DNA from: Naegleria gruberi
Lineage: Eukaryota
DNA length: 64,000 bases
Direction: 5' to 3' (one strand)
Assembly: GCA_000004985.1 (NCBI GenBank)
Contig: GG738908.1
Shown here: positions 55,401-64,000 of the stretch, in pieces
Numbering within the stretch: the stretch's first letter is position 1
Layout of the letters: the number at the start of each line of letters is the position of its first letter
The notes under the pieces: model-generated
What the model was told of the DNA's origin: nothing
Seen by the model: only the letters and a program-made list of their open reading frames with translations
Databases searched by the model: none
Position numbers and translations under genes: made by a program

Positions 55401-57868
55401 TGTAAAATTTTCCCCAATACCATCTGCTGGGTTGGATGTAAGGAGACATACTTGGACCTAAACTGTAAGGTTCTAATTGATACCAAATTCCATGACCTTC
55501 ACTACCAGCAGCTCTATTGTTGATAAGAGTATTGTGAGGATTAGTCATCCAGAATGTTGCTGGGGAAGCATCATGATTGGTAGGACTTAGAATAGCTCTC
55601 GAGTCTGGGATGGCTTTTGTTACAAGTCCCAAACAATTCTCAATAATATTTCCCTCTTCAACTGCATCTTCCAAAAAGAAAGTATGTCCAAAAACATTGT
55701 AAGCAACAATACCCTCAGCGTGTAAGTTATTCACGCCGTGGAATGTAATTCCTCTCTGATAGGTGTCGTGGATTGATAACTTTTTAACATAGGAAGTTGA
55801 AGCATTGTTAAACAAGTGGAAGTGAACTGGATATCTGAAAAATGTGTAAATAAATTGAATTCAATTTTTGAATAACTTACCTTCCCAAAGTTCCTGCCTG
55901 ACCACATCTCCTAAATTCTGCATTATTCAATCTGATGTACTTGGCTGTTCTCATGTAAATAGTGTGACATCCGAACAAGCTGTTATCACTACTTTCATCT
56001 CCTTGCACCTTAATGTTGTGTGTCAATAAGGCGACTTCAGCTCTCTGGTCAAACTCTACAACCGTACCATCTGCTTTTGTGTAGTATTCAGTTTCAGCGT
56101 AGTGACCATAAACAAGTGGTGAGTGCAATTCAAAAGCTGTTCCACTAATTCTTCTGGTGATAAATCTTCTCTCGGCCTGATACAAGTCATAATCTGTCGA
56201 TGCAATCACAATCTCATCACCCACATCCCACAATGTCTCTTGAGCGAGGTAAATGATGTTATCTCCAACTTTTGATGATTGTTTCAATAAAGTCCAAGTT
56301 ACCTCATGTCTCTTTCCATGCAAACTCAAGACGCCTCCACTCATCACAGCAATATTCTTGTTACCAACACCCTTATCACTCAATGGTGTCTTCTCTCCAT
56401 ACAGAGTGATTGTTGCTTTGTGTTGATATGGTGTTGACTCGTTACCGATTTGGAGAGAACCAGTAACAACCATACTGTTCATTTGTAATTGAAGATCAAG
56501 AGTTTCATTTCCGTAATCATTATTATCAAATATGAGACATCCATAAACCATGACTGTATCCAATTTAGGTGGGCTGACATCTAGAATAATTGTCTTGTCA
56601 GATGGAATTGTCACAAATGAAGCAGATGCAAGAGTTTTACAGGTTGTGTTCTTATAACTTGTTTTACATATTGGATTGTTTTCAACATAGTAGGTTGTTG
56701 AACAATTTTCAGACATTGAATCATTGGAACAATAAACGAAAGAGAAGGAACATGAAGGCATTGTAAAACTTGTAGTATTAAGCCCATTTAGCCCCATCTC
56801 ACATAATGAACAATTTGTTCCACTATCTGTAAAATTGCAAATGTCAGTTAAATTCATAGCCACTCTTTCTGTACAATTTACCTCAGTGTCATTAAATGAA
56901 TCACAAATGGTAAGGGAATAGCTACTTTCGCATTCGACAATTTGCTGAGTTGAAGGACATTTTACAGTTTCATTTGATACGGTGCTATAATTCGAATAGG
57001 TAGAGTTCACTAATTCTGGGAAATATTCTGACCATTTCACAGTCTCTGAAGGACAATTATCACCAATTCCAGTTCCATAAGGATCTGTTGTGGTTTTGGT
57101 AAAAATTATTGCTTGTTTTCCAACTCCATAAGCATTATATCCTTTAAATTTGTTATAGGGAAGAACTCTGAAACTGTATGTTACATTCTGATCCAAATTA
57201 AATCTAGTGTATGTTTCAGCTTGGTGAGTCTTGTACATTACAGTTACATATCCCAAAGAATTGAGAGTTGACATTTGTATTTGATAGTAACAAATAACAT
57301 TTGTCGTATCATTTGATAATTTCCACCTCAGCTCAATACTAAAATAAGTTGGTATTGCCACAAAATTTTCAACAATTGAAATGTTGGCAGCTGTTGAAAA
57401 TCTATTAGTAATATTTCCATCAGATGGATCTGACAAATCCGAGAGTAAATACCTCCTTGGAGCTCCCTGTCCAATCGACCAATAACAACAAGGGTCTCCT
57501 AGTTCATCACCATTTGTTAGACCATCTCCATCTGAGTCCATCAAGCAAAATGTTTCATCCCAAACATACTTATTCTTTGCAAAGTCCTTTGCAAACTTGG
57601 TCATTGTCCCATTCTTGAAGAAGATATTAGTAAAGAGTTGTGAGTCAGGATAGATTGCACCATTTGGTAGTTTTGTGATATCAAAATCTGCATATAAACT
57701 CGATAAGGGTTTTGAATACGTCGAAGGCAATTGGCTCACCAATAGAAGAATATATACAATGATAGAAGAACAATACAAAAACCATGATATCTTATCATAT
57801 CGGCTTGTTCTTATTGAGGAGTAAGATGATGAATAGTCCGAGTAGGACCTCTGTTCTCTCCTCATCAT
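52473..57868 (-). CDS. Large type-I membrane glycoprotein. It has a signal/anchor, a TSP3-like Ca-binding DxDxDG motif, an FN3-like segment, a G8-type domain, a PbH1/beta-helix region (CEMIP/TMEM2/fibrocystin-like), EGF-like Cys modules, a TM and a short tail. 3 exons (1759 aa)
   Basis: Exons are 57868..55881, 55834..53850 and 53779..52473. Intron 1 runs GTAAGTTATTC...TTTTTCAG (46 nt). It splits ...RCGQAGTLG|R from YPVHFHLFNNASTSY. Intron 2 (70 nt) has a GTCTGT donor and a CATGCAAG acceptor. Total CDS is 5280 nt, or 1760 codons. The TM is IIIGAVISVVVVLVIILVAIFVLFYI. The EGF-like part is CPNHCSLNGICLDGVCQCLSGFLGSDC. The family call rests on the 'GRYPVHFH' junction and the GG / G8-like glycine pattern, which I recalled rather than searched. 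Confidence 0.65.
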
Positions 57869-58209
57869 ATTTTGTTTTTCAATGATAGTTAGTATTATAT
57901 ATTTACTAGATAATTAACAAGTAACAATTTCTCGCGAGCAATAGTTTTCTCTTATTACCCAATGAACAAGATAATCCCTTCCTAGTACTTTTTTTTAATA
58001 ATGTCTATTCATTAATAACCGGCAATTTACGGTTTTTTGATTCTTGTTGATGGTATCTCTTCTAATCATCTGATAAATAGTAATAGATGCAATTGATGAA
58101 ATGAAAAAAATATTCATTGAGCGGGAAGATTGGTTTGAGGCTTTCTGATGAACAGCTTCGGGATGATAATATTTAATTTTTATCAGTTGAATTTGCTGTT
58201 CATTATTTA

Positions 58210-60814
58210 TTAAGCAATATTGATGGAGGATATTTCGATTTTATCGTTCAGATGAGAAATTCCTTTAAGGGATTTTTGAAGAGTGGTATGATAATTGTGG
58301 AGAGCCTGAGCCAAGTTTTGACTCTTCTGATTGGTGAGAGTATCAAGAATAGTAAGCAAACGATTCGTAATAATTTGATCCTCTGGATACTTATTCAAAT
58401 GATCTTGAAGAATATTGACCGATTCTTGGATTCGGTCCAGAACTTGAGAATCAGACATCGAAGAAACAGTCTTTGGATCAAAGATTGCAAAGGCAGCTTC
58501 AAAATCTTTGAACTTTTTGTTTGCTTTTTGCTGTTCCAGTTCATACATCCATTCTGATAGGTATCAATTTGTAATGAATTGAATTAGTGAAATTATTAAT
58601 TACTAACAAACTTACCATCTTTTTCATAACTATTCTCCTTAATGACTTCATAGACAACTGTTGGAGTTTTGCCTTCGCTATTCTCCAAAACAAATCTTTC
58701 GACAGGTCTCACAACAAATGCAGAAGTGGCCTCAGTGCAAACACTCTCACTATCTGCAAGGATCTTACAACCAAGTGAACAACCTAGAATGGAGAGGTTC
58801 TTTGAATTGGTAACCATTGGACCGACGATTGAGTAATATCTCAAATTGTTTGTTCCCAAATTACCCACATTGGCCATTCCAGAGCTAATACCGATAGAAT
58901 AACTTGATAATTTACCAAGGTTGTCCAAAACTTTGGAAACCTTGAGAGCACTTTCCATAGCTGCCAAGTTTTGTTTCTTCTTACAATCAGCAAATGAGAG
59001 TTGGAATTCTTCAACTGATAGGATTTGCAAATCAGCTTGCAAACTCTTTGCCAAAACACTCAATCCTGATGCTACCTTTGCAAATAAATTCGTTACTTCC
59101 AAAGGATTTAACTTTCCAAATTCATTCAAATGAATGTAGACGATACTGACTGGCTTGATGGAAAGACCCAATTTGAATAATCCACCACCAGATTTCAAGT
59201 CATGTTTGGAAGATTTCAGAGAGCTGTGGGCTGAGCTTCTATTAGAGAGTGAATGTCTGCTCTCTTTCATGCTTTCATTATTCTTATCCGTTTGTGATTG
59301 CTCCTGTTCAGCCTTCTCCATATTTCTCAACTGATTGAAAATTGTCTCTGGTAAGAAACTCTTAAATTCATTCAACCAATTCACCATTTCGTGTAAGTCT
59401 TCATAAATTCTATTGACTTCCCTAAATTTACTTGAAATAAAGTTGACATTCTCCAAATCAAACTTCTTAATGAGGAAGAATTGACTTTCCAAATATCTCA
59501 ATGGTTGAGTTATTAAATATCCGATACCAATACTGAGAATCAAACCAACAATCACCACTGCTACTGCCACACCAACAGATATACCAGTGTTAATATTGGT
59601 AGTCTTGGCAATATCACTCTTGTAAACAACAAGGAAAACATTCCATCTGATATTTTCTAAAGAGAAGGATAATCTGGAAATTAGATAATCGACTCCCTTA
59701 CTAGTGAATTCAAAATCTGAGGGAGAAGATGTCAGATTTGAGTACTTGGCAGCTATTCCTGACATGAGAGCTCCAGAATCTTTGGCAATTAGATCAAATA
59801 TCTTGACACGAGACTTGCTGTCAGCTGCTGTGGTGTTAATCGAGCCTCCAATGACGAAGTCATTCGTTTCTGAAACGAGTACATAACCGTCTCCAATTAG
59901 AGTTAATGTTTTAAGGAACTTTTCAATATTCAACAATGACAAGTTGACCTTTGAAATACCAATTGTCTTTTTTGTTCCGTTCAATGCCAGCAAGTATGGA
60001 TCATACAATTTTACAGAATAATAAATACAAGTTGTTGAATTGACAACAGTGTAAGGCAATCCATAAACCCTATCCGTTTGATACAAATCAAAAAAGTTGA
60101 AACTTGTAACCCAATATGCCAATGAAGTAATTACAAAAGGAGTTGTCTGATTGACCACCAAATTAATAAAAGATCCATCAGTTTCATTTGCATACCATTG
60201 TTCAACTCCAATATATCCCTTCGGTTTGACATAATAAGTGAACGATTGTTTTGGTTTTCCATCGGGAAAGATTGTCAAATTGAAATAGGTATTCACCTCA
60301 TCTGGAAAGAACAACCCAACAGCTGATGGATAGAATATCTGATTCTTGGAAAATAAGTAACTCAAATCAGGTTTTCTTCCAATGAGTCCTCTATTGAAAT
60401 CTTCAGCCAAAACTCGAGCCAAGTGAGCTGAAGGAGAAATTTCTCCCTTCAAGAAGGCCATTACATTCTCTCCAACTTTATGGATTAAATCAGTAGAAAG
60501 TGAGTCCAATGCTTGAGTGGAACCAATATACGAAGCTAACCAAATGAAGAAGGAACAGGTAATGAGGAGAATGATCATAATGATAATGATGGTCAATCGC
60601 ATGGAGAACCAACCTTCCATTTTGGTTGGAATTTTTGGTTTGACCTTTTGTCCAGAGACGAGTTCTTCATTTTCATGATTGAGGCCAGCAGAAGAACCCT
60701 ATTGTTGATTTCAGTTTCGAATAGTGCAATTTGTAGTGCATTTAGTCAGTTGCTTTGAAATGTATTGTTACTTACAGAAAACTCTGAAGGTGATGCAGGT
60801 GCAATTTTAGACAT
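58210..60814 (-). CDS. Two-TM receptor with ~310-aa extracellular sensor-like domain and intracellular cyclase-homology-like domain that looks catalytically degenerate; 3 exons (821 aa)
   Basis: Exons are 60814..60776 (MSKIAPASPSEFS), 60698..58616 and 58553..58210. The terminal-exon splice ...SYEKD|gtaagtttg...cctatcag|EWMYELEQQ... keeps the frame. Total CDS is 2466 nt. The topology is a cytosolic N-terminus, TM1 (LTIIIIMIILLITCSFFIWLASYI), an ectodomain, TM2 (ISVGVAVAVVIVGLILSIGIGYLI), then a class-III cyclase fold signature (SIGISSGMANVGNLGTNNLRYYSIVGPMVTNSKNLSILG). The metal-binding Asp residues are absent (SIVYIHLNEFGKL in place of the F.D..GFT motif). Confidence 0.6.
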
Positions 60815-61443
60815 TTCTTTGATATTGAATCTCTAAGACATTAGAACTAAACTTCATCTGCCAAATTGTTAAGTGACAGCAATCACTAACCATCAATACA
60901 GAGATACTTCTCTTACATCATTCAAAATTGCCTTGAACAGTAGTGACAATTTTTGGCGCCAATTCGAATGGCCATTTTCGTTTTGCATCTCGAAATAATG
61001 TGAAGTGAAGTGATGGGAAATATTTACAACTAAGGTTCACCCGCGTCGATACAATCAATATTCGCCTTAGTATGGAGATGAATACATTTTGTTATTGAAT
61101 TGGAGCTCTGGATAAATTGTTTTGTGGGTTACTATTAACATATTTTAATTATTTGTTATTCAATAGTTTCGCGCCAAGCTAAAACCGTTACATAAATGAA
61201 AATCTTTAGATAAAATATTTTGAAAATAAATAAATTTATTATTAAAAGAATAAAAAATAGCATCACAGGACGGACTTAGGCCTTCCTTCGTGAAAGAGGC
61301 AACTCCACGTATGTTTTTGATAACAACAAGACTTTAACATTTCCTTTAACACAACCAATATTCACAATTGGGGAATTTTTATTGTTTAAATTATAGACTA
61401 CTTGATGATGGACTATTTACATGGAAGATATACACTAGGAAAT

Positions 61444-61764
61444 TTAAGGAATGGTGGTGATTGTTGGCTGTCCTATTGATGTCGTATGAATATGATCAAT
61501 TGGATCCTTGGTAAATGAGGATGATTTTCTCATCATGATTGCCAATATCAACATTCCAGCAATACCACTCAAACATACCAGAAAACTACCAATGGCAAAG
61601 ACAATCTCTGCAGCTCCAACATTGTATGAAACTTGAGAGTTTGGTGAATTGGTAATGGTAATCAAACCAAATATCATCAAGCAAATGAAGGCTAAACAAG
61701 TGAGTGATGAAGTTACTCCAAAAGCAATCATCATTAATTTACTACGTTCTGCGTCGAGGGCCAT
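61444..61764 (-). CDS. Hypothetical small membrane protein (106 aa, 2 TM)
   Basis: A clean ORF with two hydrophobic helices and no recognisable family. Confidence 0.35.
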   Translation of the reverse strand: MALDAERSKLMMIAFGVTSSLTCLAFICLMIFGLITITNSPNSQVSYNVGAAEIVFAIGSFLVCLSGIAGMLILAIMMRKSSSFTKDPIDHIHTTSIGQPTITTIP

Positions 61765-61931
61765 TTTTTAATATTGGGTTTGAAGGATATTTCATTGAGG
61801 ATGTAGTTGGATTTATCCAAAATTGCATTGTTGCAATTTGGAAAGTATCCATTTATTGATTCTTCTCATTTCTGTGGATGTCACGAAATCGTCATCTGGT
61901 AAATTTCCAATTTTGGTACATGATTTTCAAG

Positions 61932-63817
61932 TTATTGATCTTTCACATAGGCGACCCAATTGGTGTTGTAATCGTTCCAATTAGATTTGTTGTTATGTTT
62001 TCTTATTAATCTGCCATATGCTCTATCATACATGTCCCACAAAACTTCATGCTTTTTGGCATCCAACTTGTCATAATTCATAGATTTGATAAATTCCTCA
62101 AATTCAATCTTTCCCACACGGTAATATTTTGGTTTGAGTCCCAATTTGAATAGCAAGTATCTGGACAACTTCATTTCACCAATGGCAGTACACAACTTAC
62201 AAGGCGACTTGATGACATTGGCCAAGTGAAATTTGAGCGACATATCCTGAATACCCTTCTTGGTTTCATCTGACATTCTCTGTTTGAAATATTCGTTAAA
62301 CTTTTGATCGTCATCACAATAAGGTTTGATATGTTGTGCCATCTCTGTTGGTGATTTAAAATCATGAATGCTAATGAAACTATCTTTTGGAAAACCATAC
62401 TCATTGATATTGGGAGCACCTCGATAGATTGACACTAGCTTTCCACCCAATCCCAAAGGAGTGAAACCTTCAAAGAACTTTTCAGTAATGTAATCATCCA
62501 ACATGCTATTTTCAAATGCTAGATAGAATTTGCAACTTCTTGCCAATTCTGCAACCTTTCCTCCTTGTTCATGAGCATTTCTTCCACATCCTTTCCAAAA
62601 CAGCAGAATATTAGCACTTGATTCAGGTATTTGAAAATCAAAGTCAACTTACCACCATATTGTCTAACTGGAAGGACATTGCTAATTTCCTTCACAACAT
62701 CCATTCTCTCCTTGACACAATTACTGATGAATGCACAAATGCAATGTGGAGGAATTCTAGAACTATCTCTAAATTCAAAATCCATTTTCGTATAGAAATA
62801 GGTTGTCCAAATACTACACTGTGCACTCCAACACATTGTCATGTCCATGTGAGATTGGTCATTTCTGGCATGTGGTTCAATTTCTCTAAGAGCATTAGGT
62901 TCGTTACAGAGAAATACATTGATTGGTCGCATGGCCAACCAAGTTTTCAAAGCAAATTCCTTATCAAATTGTTGTGACAATTCAACACTTGACAAATCTG
63001 AATTTGATTTTACAAAATTGTCAATTTCCTCTTGGACTTTTCTTTCCTCCTCAACTTTTTCCAATCCAAGACCTCTATCTCTATATTCCAAATGTTCAAT
63101 ATTGGCATCGAGACTAATTCCTTCTGCCTTTCCACTTGTGAAATAACTTCTCGAGTCTTCATATGGAAAAACTTGACATGCAGTTTGTTTACAGTGAGCT
63201 TGATTGTACTTTCTAAAGAAACCAAACCAATTCGGTCTCGTAGTCTGCTCCTCACCGAAACCATATTGAATTAACTGGGTTTTTACACTTGGATCGAATT
63301 TGTAGCCACCTATGGATTGAGTATTGGTCAACTTGTCCAAATACCAACCATAGGTTCCTTCCTTTGACTGTTCATAGGACAACATGTTTTGTGCCAATCT
63401 AAAGAATGGAGAATGGCTCTCTAGTAGTGGATTCTCACTTAACTCTTCTAATTCAGTTATTTTCAATGAAGGTTGTTGTTCGAGTGAAACTTTCTCTGGA
63501 TGAATCGAAGTCGAATCCACTCTACTCTTTCTACTCAATATGAATACGATGAAAACAACGTAGAAAGATGAAAAGATGAATAGAGAGGCTTTCCAAGGTG
63601 TAATTTTCATTTTTTTGTTTCGATAAGTGATAAGGTTAATGTTCCAACCTCCATGGAGGATTGTAAACAGTTGAAAATAGGGAATGTTATTCTGGATTTT
63701 TGACTTTTGTTCTATGGAGGATACATGGTCAGAAACAGACTCGTCTATTGAGAGTTTGGATTCCAAAGAGGTCTTGGAAAGTTTTGGTAAGTTCTTATTC
63801 GAGTTGAGTTCTGTCAT
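61932..63817 (-). CDS. Glycosyltransferase family 10 (alpha-1,3/4-fucosyltransferase), type-II membrane topology, 2 exons
   Basis: Exons are 63817..62653 and 62590..61932. The intron has a GTAAGTTGAC donor and a TTTTGGAAAG acceptor and is 62 nt. Total CDS is 1824 nt. The signal-anchor is ASLFIFSSFYVVFIVFIL. The catalytic motifs are AFISNC...R....L......V..YGxC and CKFYLAFENSMLDDYITEKFF, the GT10 signature. Confidence 0.8.
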
Positions 63818-64000
63818 TTGAACAAACAATCAAAATAAACTTTGTGCGAAACAATTCAACAAAAAATCAAGATGAGTGATTCTAATCCTTCACACTTTAA
63901 GTTTTGGGGAACAGATTGGGGAATTTGCTTTAAAGTTCTTAGAGGTCAAACAGATGATACGAATATTAATCCTGAAGATAAACTTTACAAAATATAAGCT

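Noticed and set aside
63872-63997. 41-aa ORF (MSDSNPSHFKFWGTDWGICFKVLRGQTDDTNINPEDKLYKI) at the window end
   Set aside because: It is too short and uninformative to call. It could be the first exon of a gene that continues beyond the window.
1-64000. Possibility that the window holds a prokaryotic defence or mobile system (CRISPR, restriction-modification, toxin-antitoxin, phage)
   Set aside because: The sequence is clearly eukaryotic. There are dozens of phase-consistent GT-AG introns, a G-alpha/RGS/7TM repertoire, a 5S gene with a Pol III T-run and poly-N/Q microsatellite coding tracts. No operon-like arrangement, Shine-Dalgarno-spaced gene pairs or direct-repeat/spacer arrays are present.

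Overview
This window is AT-rich eukaryotic nuclear DNA (about 65% A+T), not prokaryotic. Coding regions are long and have frequent short spliceosomal introns of about 45-190 nt, with GTAAGT-like donors and (T)AG acceptors whose exon phases stay consistent. Many proteins carry poly-Asn/Gln/Ser tracts encoded by AAT/CAA microsatellites. There is a 5S rRNA gene with a T-run terminator, and there are four runs of N (assembly gaps). The gene content looks amoebozoan or dictyostelid-like: a G-protein alpha subunit, TKL-type receptor kinases, F-box proteins, a fucosyltransferase, a PARP and an Hsp20. This is an inference; I cannot name the species.

I resolved about 25 protein genes by reading frames and splice phases. 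Those with unusual domain architectures are:
- a 5'-partial protein kinase fused in-frame to a DOCK-like region;
- an RGS protein with a thioredoxin-like (PRXL2/AhpC-TSA-like) N-terminal half;
- a 7TM receptor-like gene inside a segmental duplication;
- a partial Zn2Cys6 transcription factor that runs into a gap;
- a receptor-like kinase with a parallel beta-helix (PbH1) ectodomain;
- a 1946-aa protein with three tandem beta-helix domains;
- an ankyrin / coiled-coil / protein kinase / PARP fusion whose introns are tandem arrays of a 47-bp mini-intron unit;
- a three-exon G8/PbH1/EGF transmembrane protein;
- a two-TM receptor whose C-terminal cyclase-homology domain looks catalytically dead.

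The remaining genes are an Hsp20, an F-box/LRR protein, an F-box/SPRY protein, a DUF4116 protein, an MFS transporter, a syntaxin-like SNARE, a GT10 fucosyltransferase and a few hypothetical ORFs.

I found no CRISPR array, no prokaryotic defence or mobile-element system, and no tRNA. The most unusual items here are the multi-domain fusions, the intron minisatellite, the duplicated block around the gaps (part of which looks like an assembly artefact) and the stand-alone 5S gene.
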